Source of the DNA: Octopus sinensis
Lineage: Eukaryota
DNA length: 64,000 bases
NCBI RefSeq assembly: GCF_006345805.1
Contig: NC_043019.1
Coordinates: 25,791,360 to 25,855,359, forward strand
Direction: 5' to 3'
This document shows, in pieces, positions 38,206-51,650 of the stretch. Numbering within the stretch: the stretch's first letter is position 1; each line of letters begins with the position of its first letter. The translations under genes and the position numbers were made by a program. A model generated the notes under the pieces. The model was not told where the DNA came from, made no database searches, and saw only the letters and a program-made list of their open reading frames with translations.

Positions 38206-40419
38206 TGATGATCTTCCCTGTTTCGGCCAACTTACGACACAAGGTGTTCCATCCCCAAGAAAGTCAACTTCTTTGTCCTTTTCAATTGTTCTATCGCTCT
38301 ACTACCAGTGACCTCTTCCGCCACTTTCACTTTCTCTCTCTCCCCTTCTATTCCCCCCTCCCCCCTCTCTCTCTCACTCTCATCCAATCTGTTTCTTTCC
38401 TTTTTCCTTTTTTTCTTTCCCCTTCATTACCTCCAGTACGGTTTCTGTAAGGCTGCTTCCATTGGTGACCTACTCACCTCTATCATCCACTGCTGTGCTC
38501 TCCCGCCTTGGAGAATTCAGAAGACAACAATGTTCAATGCTGTCGCCCTCGACATCAGCAACGCCGATATGGAAAGACAAGGAGGGGGAGAAAGAGAAAG
38601 ATATGGAAATATTAAGGAAGGGGGAGGGAGAGAACGATAGGGTAAGGCAAAGGGAAGGAGAGAGGGAGGGAGAAAGAAGTATAGAAAGATTTGAAGAATT
38701 TGAAGAATTTTTACGAAAAAAAAAACAAAAACAAAAAGGAAACAAAAAAGAATGAATTTAATGAATATACTGAAGGAATGAGTTATATTGATGGAATGAA
38801 TATTTTGAAGGAATGAATATGATAAAAAATGGAAGGAATTAATAAGGCAAACGAATCCATGAAAGAAAATCAAAGAATGATTATAATGAAGAGAAGAATA
38901 TAATGAAATAATTAGGATAATGAACGAACGAATACAATGAAAGAATTCATTGAAGGAAAGAAATGAAAGAGAAAACGATGAAAGCGAATTAGCCAAAAAT
39001 ATCGCAAAAATATAGCCCTTGGTATTATGTTTTATATATGAAGGAAAAAATTAGATACCTTGTATTAATTTTTTTTTCCTTAAATGGTTTAGATGCAGGC
39101 TGCTCGATACAAGAATATATTTAGTAAAATATCGAATTTGCGGAATATTTTGTGATCTACATTACCTGTTTAATGAAGGAATCGCTGGAAAACATATGGA
39201 ATGGTTTTAATCAACGAGTGAGAGAGAGAGATTAGAGCTAGAAGACGCAATACCTGGTGTCTTAATATCCTTTATTTGTTGGTGGTCCACCATCTTATTA
39301 AGCAAGGACGATGATAAAAGCTGATAGCTGGCAGCGGTCATAATTGGCTCATTTCGTTTCTTTACCAAGAATACTGAGAGATTCACTGAAAGAAATCACA
39401 CATGTATTTATACACACACACACACGCACACAACTAGACAGATAGTTGAATAACTGTAAACCTACTTTTGGGTCACCCTGTAAACAGTAATGGCTCAACA
39501 TACAAGTTAATTTGTTCCCAGAGATCGTTTGTAAAGTGGAAACTCATAAAACAGAGCAATAATTTCCCGTAGTAGCAATGAAGGGCTATATTTTTGCGAT
39601 ATTTTTGACGCAATACCTGGTGTCTTAATATCCTTTATTTGTTGGTGGTCCAGCATCTTATTAAGCAAGCACACAACTAGACAGATAGAGGGATAGACAG
39701 GCAGAAAGATAGACAGGTTAGTAGGTAAGTATGTTGGTAGGTAGATAGATAAATAGACAGAGAGAGAGGAGAGGGGAGAGAGAGAGAGAGGAGTGGGGAG
39801 AGAGGGGATGAAGAGACATTAAGATAGACGGAAAATAAAAAACAAGAGAGAGAGAGAAACAGAGAGAGGAAAGTAGACGGCATAAAACTACAACGTACTT
39901 TTGTGAAAGTCAAACAGTAGTATTTGATCTCAAAACATTGAAGAATAAGATTAATATTAAAGAAAGAATGGATTTACATTCTCATTTAACTCACAGGGAG
40001 GCATTAAAGTCTTTAAAATGTAATTCGGTTCTTCTGATTTATGTTGTATTGTGTATGAAAAAAATATATATTGTTTAATTAGTGGCGAAAAGTACGAATA
40101 TGTAAATTAAGCTATCCACTACGGTGCTGACCTAATTTCTGTCGGCTTTATATAATAGCTGATATTTGTCTATTGATTGGCGAATGAAACATCATTACCG
40201 AGGTGTGTTCAACAAAACGTGAAACTCTCCAGCCAAGCCTCACCCTCTTTCCAGGCCCCGTAGTATTTAAATTTAATTGTAAATGTATTATTATCTATGG
40301 TATGACCGTGCAAACAAATGCATTTGTCTTTTTAAAGCGGTGCTCGCCTTATTCCACCATTATTGTCCAGTAACCAGCCCAGTGGAGACTGTATATAACT
40401 TTTACCTGGCTTACCTTAA

Positions 40420-41010
40420 GAAACGGGCGTAGCCAGAAAACTTGCTTCCCAACCACATGGTTCCAAGTTCAGTGACAATGCGCGGCACTTTGGGCAGGCG
40501 ACTTCTATTGTAGCATCGGGCCGACCAAATCCTTGAAAGTAGATTTGGTAGACGGGAACTGAAAGAAGCCCGTCACATATGTGTGCGTGTGTATGTGCGT
40601 ATTTTTGTGTCTGTTTGTCTTCACCACCACTTGACAGCCGGTGCTGGTTTGTTTACGTCTCCGCAGCTTAACAGTTCTGCAAGACCTGTAGAATATGAAT
40701 CAGGCTTAAATAAAGTATTTTTTTATTGCCCATAGAGGGGACAAACAAGGACAAACAAAGGGATTAAGTCGATTACATCGACTCCAGTGCGAAACTGGTA
40801 CTTTTATTTATCGACCACGAAAGGATGAAAGGCAAAGTCGACCTCGGCGGAATTTGAACTCAGAACGTAACGACAGACGAAATACCGCTAAGCATTTCGC
40901 CCGGCGCGCTAACGTGTCTGCCAGCTCGCCGCCTTAATAAATAAATAAAGGCTTAAATAAAGAGAAAAATAGATATCAGGGTCGAGTCATTCGGCTAAAA
41001 GTTCTCAAGG
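40420..41010 (+). mobile_element. Older SINE family A copy interrupted by a SINE B insertion
   Basis: The family A body stops at 40715 and its tail (GGGTCGAGTCATTCGGCTAAAA) resumes after 40962. Confidence 0.8.
40716..40948 (-). mobile_element. SINE family B with 14-bp TSD
   Basis: TSD AGGCTTAAATAAAG at 40702-40715 and 40949-40962. Confidence 0.9.
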
Positions 41011-41629
41011 ACGGTCTAAGGACTGCGATCTTAACTTTGTATGCTCTTCCCGGCTGGTGAGTAAACTGAGGTTCGTGGCCCTGTCCAGACGTCCACAGAG
41101 CTACGAGGGCAAATGCGGGCGAGAAGAGATCCGGTGTTTCATCCAACTGTTTGTAACATTGTCAACACCAATGACAATAGTGACATGCTTGTTATTGTTT
41201 GTGTTGTTATTTAACCCCAGGTCAACTACGATGAAGCAGACTTAAGATCACAAGCAATCCAGATTTTAAGATGATTCTGTAGAACTACAATATTTGTCTT
41301 CCCTTTTTTTTAAAGCTTTATGCTGTGGTTTCAAGAAGATTTGACTGCTGTTTCCAACAGATCGATCGACCATGTAGACGTTTCTGTGTTGGTATTCAAC
41401 AGGGTGTTGTCTTATGTCTAGTATTGTAATGGTGTAGTTGATAGGAAAATGTGGTCAGATAAGTGTGAGGAGGGGCGGGGAATGTGAGCATTAGTACAAG
41501 GGTGCGGGGTAAAATGTTTTTAAAAATTCTTTGATCTTAGATAAAACGTTGGCAGAAATAAAATTATAACTTCGAAAATATGACTTTTTATCTGTAGAAA
41601 TAATAGAAATAATAGCCATAATATGAGTG

Positions 41630-41955
41630 TGCGCTGATGTATGTATATGTATGCATATGTATATATATGTGTGAGTTTGTGTGTATGTATACATATATAT
41701 ATATGCATACACATAGATATACATATATATACGTATATATATGTGTGTATATATATACATATATATATATATATATGTATGTTTGTAAGTACCTATCCGT
41801 GTATGTATATATATATGTGTGTGTGTGTCTGTATGAATGTGTGTATGCATATATTTATACGTATGTACACGCGTACGTACGTATGTAGGTAGGTATATGT
41901 GTATGTATGAATACGAGTGTATACATGAATATATGTATATATGTGAGTATATATG

Positions 41956-42025
<70 letters not shown>

Positions 42026-42550
42026 GGAATGTGTGTGTGTATGTGTGTGTGTAGGTATGAATGTGTGTGTATGTGTGCGTGTGAGTATATAAAGTCTGAT
42101 GTCATTAAGTAGAGACATATTCCCTTTGTACTAATGTTTATGTATATTTATGTGCAATCTCACTCTTTCGATATCGTATCACTAACTCTCAACTCTAGTT
42201 CTGCCGGTCTGTCGGTCCGTCTGTCTGCCTGCCACCTTCTCTGTCTCCTCTATCTCTCTTTCTCTCTCTCTCTCGGTCTCTGAAAGTGTGTAACGCTAAA
42301 TCTTTATCTCTTAGTTCTGTACTAGCTATCTTCTCACTATCTCCCACTTAAAACATATATAAATATGTGTACATATATACACACACATATATATATATGT
42401 ACATACATATTTGAATATATACATGTAATATATATATATATATATATACACACACATAAATATATGTAAATGTAAGTGTATGTGTGCTTGAATATATACA
42501 TACAGACGAATCATGCATATATAATATATGTATGTATAGATATATATATA

Positions 42551-42597
<47 letters not shown>

Positions 42598-42642
42598 GAT
42601 ATATATATATATTATATTATATGTATATATATGAATATATAT

Positions 42643-42680
<38 letters not shown>

Positions 42681-42682
42681 TG

Positions 42683-42723
<41 letters not shown>

Positions 42724-42761
42724 TATTAGATATAATATATAATATAAGATATGTATATATG

Positions 42762-42792
<31 letters not shown>

Positions 42793-43050
42793 CTATATAT
42801 ATATTATATATATTATATATGTATATATATATATATATATATATACCGATACACAGTCACATAAATATGCATATATGTCTACGTGTATATATACATACAT
42901 ATTCATGTATGCGTGTGTGTATAATATATATATATATATATATATATTATGTATGATCTGTATATAATCATACATTGCACACATACGCACACACATACGC
43001 ACACACATACACACGCACACATATACACACACGCACACATATACACACAC
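41630..43050. repeat. Large compound TA/TG/CA microsatellite field
   Basis: Direct reading, with a short unique spacer at ~42100-42330. Confidence 0.9.
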
Positions 43051-43183
43051 GCAAGCAGCTGGTGGTGTTGACTGGTTGAGATTCTTATTATTATTCAACA
43101 AAACGATGAAAAAATTTTGGAAGTACTTTCTATATTATTAATTAGATAAACAACGATGCTTAATGTTGCTACTACTACCGCTG

Positions 43184-43232
<49 letters not shown>

Positions 43233-43606
43233 CACTGCTACTATTACCTCTCCTACTACTATAATGGCAACATCAAAACCATCTTTTCGTATTAATAACA
43301 GAGACCTCGATACAAAATAACAACAACATCAGAAGATTGGGAAGGACAGCAGTGAGGGTGTAAATTAAAAAAATGCAAAATAACAATTAAGATAATAAAG
43401 AGAGTGCATATGAAGGTTAATTAGGGTAAATCATCATGTATATATAATTAGCGAGTAATTTAATTTTGTCTGATTTTGTACAAGAATTTAATTGGATATT
43501 GATACCTTCGCGATCTAAGACTTGTGAGTTAAGTAATTATGTTTCGTCTGTAATGGATTTATTCATTGAAGCCTTAAAGTGTTGGTAATTCTAGGATGTT
43601 ATATAC

Positions 43607-43863
43607 CTGTGGCTTTCAACCTTTTTTTTTTACCTATGGACTCCTTTGATCCCTATTTTATTCAAGTGGACCCTCATTGCCATACCATGTTTTAAAACAT
43701 TCTTATATTTTTATAATCAAATCTTTTTTAAGAATTGTATAAAAAAAAGTTGCTAAAATATTTTGGGCATTGTAGAAGAATAACTGATTTATTGCACATT
43801 AACTTTAGCAACGGAATCTTACGTGGACCCCAAGGAACGTATGCACCCCGTTGAGAACCATTG
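43607..43863. mobile_element. hAT (Charlie-like) MITE
   Basis: Ends CTGTGGCTTTCAAC...GTTGAGAACCATTG fit a decayed CAGTGGTTCTCAAC TIR; 8-bp TSD TTATATAC/TTTTATAC (7/8); a related left end lies at ~60068-60165. Confidence 0.75.
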
Positions 43864-44748
43864 TTTTATACGAACCAAAATATTAAAAATCTGGTTATAC
43901 GAACCAAAATTTAAAATGATTGCTTTAAAAGTTTTGCATAAAAATAATGTTTTTTCTTGACTAATCGTAAAGGATTCAAACACATTCATTTCTAATAAAA
44001 ATATTATTTATAAGCGTTAACTAAAGGTATTACATAAAAGTATTCCTTTAAAACATTACTTGAACTACAAATCAATTTTGTGAGGCAAGTTACTTAAGTA
44101 CTTCGCTTGTAAGACGTTTAATTCGTTCAGAATATTCTCACGAGAACCAGATATGAAATCAAAAAACGCGAACTTTAAGCAGCCATTTTTGAACGTGTCG
44201 CTCACAAGGCTTTTTTTTTTAAATGACATAAAGATAAACATTTTCTTCAAGCTTTTATTTCATTTCGTTTTTGGATTTGGTTTGCAAGATTCTTTATGCG
44301 AATTTGTGTGTTGAAGCATATTCTGTTGTGTCTAGGGAGAGTCATTCTCTTTTGGTACCTTATAATTTAACACACTCACAAGTAAGATTTCACTTATTTC
44401 TTATTTATTTTCTAAAATTTTCGTTGCGTCTTGCAACCTTTTCGTTACTAACACTGCGCTCCTTTTTGTTTGTTTGTAATTAATTTTTGTTTGTAATTCC
44501 TTTTTATTTCAAAAAATATTCAAACAATGTCTAATTCAAAAGATAACCAGACCTGTTTTACCGGTTGATGGTCGGAAACGGGTTAACTCAAAATTTTAGA
44601 TTCAGATGAATATGGTACTTAAGTTGAGGTACCAGAATTTAGTACGGTATTAACCTTACAATTTCAAAATAAGGTGATTAAAATCAAAATAAGCAACAAG
44701 GTATTTGAGTTTAATTGTTCTACCTAGTTTCACATTTATGTACTCACT

Positions 44749-44809
<61 letters not shown>

Positions 44810-44810
<1 letters not shown>

Positions 44811-45503
44811 ATTATTCGGTATAATTTCAAGATTTCTTGCCAATAGAAAACGAGCTGGTTTTTGACCTAAGTCAAAGGCTCCTTCATTAGAATTTCAACG
44901 TCAACAACAGGGAATTTTTGTATATATGTATGTATGCATATATGTATGTATATCTGCAGATTTGTATGTTTTGGTTTATGTATGTATAAACCTGAACTTC
45001 ACTGATCTTCAGCTTTATGCAAACATCCGCTTAGCAGCTAATTTCCAAACCTGTACGCAGTTTCTCTTTATGTCAGGTCTTTGTATGTATGTATGTATGT
45101 ATGTATGTATGTATGTATGTATGTATGTATGTATGTATGCATGCATGCATGCATGTATGTATGTATGTATGTATGTATGTATGTATATGTGCAGATTTGT
45201 ATGTTTTGTTTTATGTATGTATTCTCATGCATATAGTTGCATATCTAGACATACTCATATATACTTAAATGATAAACTTCTGGAAAGTTTTACAGACTCT
45301 TACAGTTCCAGTGATGGATTGAATCTGTAGTCTCCGAATTTACTTTCTCCTTTCTGGTTTTGAGAAGCGTAATTTCTCAAGGTTGGTATTTAGGCAATGT
45401 GTTACATATCCCAGTGCCCCAATAATTCTAGGTATGAACCTGAACTTGTAATCTGGATAGAGAAACTGCAAATTTCCCAATAGTTCAGCACAGGTATTCT
45501 CTT
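44810..45503 (-). mobile_element. Second copy of the TACA-associated RLE LINE 3' end plus an internally deleted duplicate
   Basis: [53 protein letters not shown]; 110-bp unit at 44810-44920 matches 31660-31770; spliced-looking mini-copy at 44955-45082. Confidence 0.85.
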
Positions 45504-45578
45504 GTATGTATGTATGTATGTATGTATGTATGTATGTATGTATGTGTGTGTGTATGTATGTATGTATGTATGTATGTA

Positions 45579-45631
<53 letters not shown>

Positions 45632-45888
45632 GTATGTATGTATGTAAGTATGTATGTATGTATGTATGTGTATATGTATGCGTGTGCGTATGTATGTATG
45701 TATGTATGTATGTATGTATATATATGTATGTATGTAAAACGTGTGGAAAGGGTGTTGAAATAAGAAGGATGTTTGTAGAACAAAGTGAAATAGGTGGGGG
45801 TTAAAGGGGAGAAAAGCAAGAACCACGTCTGCAAAATATAACCAAATCAAACCGAACTAATAGAGGGAAATTGGAATGGCAGCTAAGT

Positions 45889-46285
45889 CTATTTATTTAA
45901 ATAACTATGTCTACGGTGTGAAGTCTGATCGCACGAGAAGTAATTATGAATCATTTCAGGTTTACAGACGTAATTTACAGACACGGTTTCATGAAGTTTC
46001 CTGAATCTCACTTTATTGTAACTGATATAGAACATTTCCGCCCTGAATTCTTGTGGTGTTTTATCAGCAGACCAGAAATTGTAGCCATTTAAAGAAGCAC
46101 TATTGATTTTCAGAATTACATTTCCTTTAATAACATCCTTGCAGACTGTTCCACTCAGTTTCGAATTATTGTAAACATAATTGTGAAACATAGTAGCTGT
46201 GATACGAGTCATGAAATATATAGATACAGCATTATGAATTATAAAGCATGTGACAGTGTTAACCAATGAGTCGTGAAATATGAAA
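45889..46285 (-). CDS. Candidate coding exon (131 aa to stop), orphan product with a weak C-type-lectin-like look
   Basis: Strong acceptor TCTCTTTTTTTGTTTTACCCACAG| at 46286; the frame stays open from the acceptor to TAG at 45889-45891 in ordinary AT-rich, non-repetitive sequence (FIFHDSLVNTVTCFII...FWSADK...NYVCKPE...). It is the longest non-repeat ORF seen. Confidence 0.55.
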
Positions 46286-46579
46286 CTGTGGGTAAAACAA
46301 AAAAAGAGATCTTTAAGGTGCCTATGTAAATGAATTAAGTGAACTTATAGGTTTTAAGTAAGACTCTCAAGGATTATTAATGTTCGTTTGTAATGCCTAT
46401 GAATCATACAACCTGCTGCACGCTTATATATCATTAGACTTGTGAAAGATGTATCCTATGAATATTGTATCCTAAAAGTTGTTAAATAATGTATTTAATG
46501 CATGTGGCATTAAAGGCTAATTAGAAATAATTAAGCAGAGGAAATGGTAATAGTGATAATAACAACAACAAAAATGATG

Positions 46580-46616
<37 letters not shown>

Positions 46617-46769
46617 CAACAATAACAATCACAATAATAACAACTACAATAATAATAATAATAATATACATCTAGTGATTGCGTCACAATAAAAACACCG
46701 GTAATTGCGCAACCTGATTATCATTACCTCATATGAGTGACAATGAAATAACAAAATATAAATAACGGT

Positions 46770-47160
46770 GGTAATGAAACTGAAGCCAGTGATGGTGACA
46801 GTGTTACACCCGGAAGGCTCAGAGATTCTGGTCCGGCTCCAGCCTGTCGATATCCAGAAAGGGACCACCACACACGGCGTAGATGTAGCAAGCAAATTAA
46901 TGCTGTGATCATGGAGTGTTACTACCTGAGCAACCCGATAGATGAAAATGGTACTCAAATTAGGCGTTACCGATAACGTATGTATGATCATTGGAGAGAA
47001 AAGGGATTGTTTCAACCCACCGAACAGAGACTGTGATGAATAAGAAAATGTTGGTTCACAGAAGTAGAGCTCGAAGCTATCCAAAGACGGGTCATGGAAA
47101 ATAGCAGCAGAGATAACAATGAAAATACAGTTCTTACTAATAAGAGTAATCTCATAGCAC
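46770..47160 (+). mobile_element. 5' portion of an R4/Dong-like LINE ORF, downstream of a (TAA)n tract
   Basis: RRRCSKQINAVIMECYYLSNP...RYR*RMYDHWREKGLFQPTEQRL...WFTEVELEAIQRR matches the R4-clade N-terminal region. Confidence 0.75.
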
Positions 47161-49404
47161 AGGAAAGGAGCAGTGGTAGTTTATTTGATGAGAGACATAT
47201 AGATGATCTAAAAGAAGGCGATAAAACTAATGGCTTCAGAAACAAATTGAGTTACGTTTTGGTCTCATTCAGACCTTTTCAGTTAAACATAATCTTCTAC
47301 GAATTTGAAGAAATATTGATGGAGGGAAAACTATGTAACTCTACACTTTTGTTTCTTTTTACACTTGTTCGTGTAAGAAAAATGGATTTTTTTAGGAACA
47401 AAAGAGAAATACCTTCCCCATTACAAAGAATAGATATTAAGTTCATGTTAATATCTATAATGTAGAGGGCATTAAAAAGACAACTATATATCTTAAACCA
47501 ACCTTTATCAGAATATTTACAGAACATTCGAAAGCCAAATTTCCTGGGGAAATTACCTTGAAGTTTCCCAAGTGAATTTCTTACTTTTCCAGCAAACATT
47601 TAAAATAAAAATAGTTGTAAAAGATGGCGGCTGAAGGTAAAGTTGATTATATATTTTCCGGTATACAAGTCGAAGTTTTCTGCCTAAAATTTACACCCAT
47701 AAAAGCTAAGTTGACTTCTACAGAAAGAGGAATTTGGAGGATCAAAACTTTCATATGAAATGCAACAGGATTTGGAAAGATAGTAATATCTTTTTGAATA
47801 TTTGAATATTTACACCACATGTTTACACAATATACTATGTTGACTTATATGTCATAAAATATTATATGTATGCATGAGCTAATAAAGGAAACCGCTTCAC
47901 GGTCGCTAGACCAGTTAGAAATAGCAGCTTAAATCTCTTTCAGAATGTACTCTTCCATTTTATATATGTGCTTATCGTATTTTCCAGTATACAAGTCAAA
48001 ATTTTCAGATAAAAATTTACAGCCAAGAGGTTGGTCGACTTATACACCAAGACGAATTTGGAGAACCAAAAGTTCCATGTGAAATGTAGCAGGAATTAGA
48101 AAGATAATGATGATCTTTGAATGTTTATAGAACGTTTACTGTATAGATTACGTCAACGTATATACCAAAAATTCGGTATTTTCTGACAAAAATGTTCTTT
48201 TTTGCCTCTTACAAATATACTAATGCGTGGTATTCAAATTTAAGTAAATATTGCAAATAATAACAGGGTTTTAAAGGTAAAATTAATATAGCGGTGATAT
48301 TTCTTTGCTGTCTTTTTTCTGGGGTGGAGTGTAATTTCAATTGTACTTCGCATATAATTAATTGACCAAGAAACAAAATATGTCTTGTAAAACTATTAAT
48401 AACGAATGCGGAGGGAGCATATATGTGGTCGCTTGACCTGCTAGAAATAGCCAGCAGATTCGATTATGACACCACAGCGGCTTTAAAATACGATGACATG
48501 TTGGACAACGTAGTCTTCGATATATGCAATTGATAAGATGGTCAAGCCATGAGTATTCCTGGTTCTGACATGGTTCTGTAGTTCTGACACGAGCTAAATA
48601 GCAACAACAACAGCAATATCCATTAGTTAAAAAACGACTAGTTGTGTAAGGTTTTCTAACGGGGACATACTACGACGTGAAATAAATATTTCCAAAAAAA
48701 GACTGACTTAGCTTTGTCATTAATTAGCACAGACGTGAGAGAAGTATTTGTTTCGACTCTCTGCAGCTTGGGATCAAATCTAGTCGTGGTCAATTTTACA
48801 TTTTAACCGGCTGAGGTCGAGAAAATAAAGTACCGGTCCAAAGGGAGATGGATTACAGGAATTGTTAATGTGATGACTTGTGGTATTTGCTTCGGCAGCC
48901 TGAGTTTTCCCGTGTAGATAGAACCTCTTACTCGCATTGATATCGCCTTTTGCACCTTGGATGACTTTTGCAGGATTCATCTTGTTACAAGCATTCAAAT
49001 TTATGTCTCTGGCTTGAGGGATAACTTCCTCCTTTCCTTACACCTATCTTGGCCACCCTGACGAAATAAAAGGACGACAGATCTGTCCTTCTCTCCCTGA
49101 CTAAAGGGTGAAATATAAATCGTCTCTGGTTACATGTATATTCATTCTTTATAGGTTCCGGTAAATTCGAACGTAAAAATGCTAATTATTGGCGAGCAAC
49201 TTCTTTCAGACGAATATATATTCACAACACACTCGATTCATTAGCGTAAGGAGACTTTGGAACACCCGGTGCTTTGACATTGTTGTGTCTCCTCAGCCAA
49301 AGCTATATCAGACCAATGAACCTAACAAGAGTTCGTGGCTCTCGTTTATAACTTCAGAAAACAAATTATTTCCAAGTTCTTGCCAATATATGTCAATCGA
49401 TAAT

Positions 49405-49791
49405 GTGGAGGCGCAATGGCCCAGTGGTTAGGGCAGCGGACTCGCGGTCGTAGGATCGCGGTTTCGATTCCTAGACCGGGCGTTGTGAGTGTTTATTGAG
49501 CGAAAACACCTAAAGCTCCACGAGGCTCCGGCAGGGGATGGTGGTGATCCCTGCTGTGCTCTTTCACCACAACTTTCTCTCACTCTTTCTTCCTGTTTCT
49601 GTTGTACCTGTATTTCAAAGGGCGGCCTTGTCACTCTCTGTGTCACGCTGAATATCCCCGAGAACTGCGTTAAGGGTACACGTGTCTGTGGAGTGCTCAG
49701 CCACTTACACGTTAATTTCACGAGCAGGCTGTTCCGTTGATCGGATCAATCGGAACCCTCATCGTCGTAACCGACGGAGTGCTTCCATTCC
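49405..49791 (+). mobile_element. SINE family C, full length with 11-bp TSD
   Basis: A box TGGCCCAGTGG, B box GTTTCGATTCC; TSD CAATCGATAAT at 49394-49404 and 49792-49802. Confidence 0.93.
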
Positions 49792-50091
49792 CAATCGATA
49801 ATAAATCGTCATACACACGCTGAACAGCGAGAACCAAAGCGATGAGTTGCACACTCACTCTTAACACGTTCCAGCAGGTTCGAATGTAAATATGCTAATC
49901 ACTGCTGTATATTGTCACAGGAGAACGACTTCTCTATTCAGACGTATCTGTGCTCATAGCACACTCGAGTCATTAGCGCATGACGAAATGCAACAGTGAC
50001 TAGCAGACTGACATTGAAACCTGCCGAAGCATATTCAGAACGAATATGTGAGTCACCGTTTCGATTCTCGCTGTTAGCCGTGCACATCTAT

Positions 50092-50344
50092 CTTTAATCT
50101 TCTACTCGTCTCAGTCATTAGACTGCAGCCATGCTGGAGTACCGCTTTGCACAATTTTTAGTCGAATGAAAAGAACCCAGTACTAAATTTTCTTTTTTTA
50201 ATTGTAGTATTTATTTCGTCGGGTTCTTTTACCGAACCGCTGAGTTACGAGGACGTAAACACACTAACACCGATTCTAAAGGGGGAAGGGGGACAAGCAC
50301 AAACACAAAGGCACACACACACATATATACATACACACACACAT

Positions 50345-50377
<33 letters not shown>

Positions 50378-50567
50378 CACACACACAGACACACACACAC
50401 ACACACGATGGGTTTATTTCAGTTTCCGTCCACCAAATCCATCCGCAAGGCTTTGGTCGACCCGAGGCTGTGGTAAGAGACACCCAAGGTGCCATGCAGT
50501 GGAACAAAACCTGAAACCACGTGGTTGGGAAGCAAGCTTCTTGCAACATAGCAACACCTGCGCCTAT
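50092..50567 (-). mobile_element. SINE family A, diverged
   Basis: Reverse complement of the family A tail, body and head. Confidence 0.82.
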
Positions 50568-51337
50568 AACGACAGGCTGTTGATTTTCACACTAACCGTA
50601 GAAATAACAGCCAAATCTTGTTGAAATTACATTTTGCTACAAATTTTGAAAGACAACACACTAGATAGAGTAGTTGTAACTAAACTATACCTGCGAATTT
50701 GATTAGCAATCAGTTAATTTGATTAGCAATCAGTTAATCAGTTGTTGATTACAGGAAAGTCACTGAAACCAGACGACAGCCCCAAGAACATCTATGAGAA
50801 AGAGAACGAAGTTACGCTCGAAATAACAGTACACTTTTGAATGATCTTCAGTCGCCTAAGATAAAGGAAGGACAGACTGGATAATAAAGTCCAAGTTACT
50901 TTAAGTTTGAGAAATGAAGATGAATAGTCACAGCTAGAATTCCTTTGATCGTAGGTCTACTCAATCAGATTTAACTTGGAGCTAAAAACAATGGCGACGA
51001 CAATAACAAAAACAGATACAGCAGTAACAGCAACAGCAACAGCAGACGTAGTAACAGTAACAACAACAACAACAACAATAACCACGACAATGAGAGAACA
51101 ACAACAGCAGCAGCAACAATAACAAAGAATTCTCAAAGAACACAACAATTATGCTTAGAGAATGTTTCAGAATTATGTTTTAGCTTTATCGGAAATGGAG
51201 TGGAATTGGTTGATCTTTACAAAAACATGATTGATTTCCAAGATCAAGGCGAAATTCACCATTGCTTTCTAGTTTAACATTCTTTTCATTTCCATATTTT
51301 GGTCTACGTATTTCTGTTTGTTTGCATGTATCCGTGT

Positions 51338-51407
<70 letters not shown>

Positions 51408-51606
51408 CGCGTGCGTGTGTGTGTGCTAATGTTATACACATGTTTCGGTCCGAAAGTTATGATATAGTATACGACTCACTGCCTATCGTTTCATACATAC
51501 ATTTGTTACCCATCTACCTACCCCTCTACACACATACACGCAACACATACATACAAATACACACTCATATACATATGTACACACACAAGCACGTACACAT
51601 ATATAG

Positions 51607-51650
<44 letters not shown>

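Noticed and set aside
47640-48180. Two diverged ~190-bp direct repeats resembling pogo-type MITE left ends
   Set aside because: Too decayed to define TIRs or TSDs, so not listed as a feature.
48860-49060. Minus-strand ORF (NACNKMNPAKVIQG...) and plus-strand CTGACGA at ~49058
   Set aside because: The ORF has no clear splice signals or homology, and CTGACGA is not followed by a stem-closing GAAA.
49405-49480. tRNA genes (also 855-915 and other SINE heads)
   Set aside because: A and B boxes are present, but they continue into SINE bodies and lack a proper acceptor stem and terminator.
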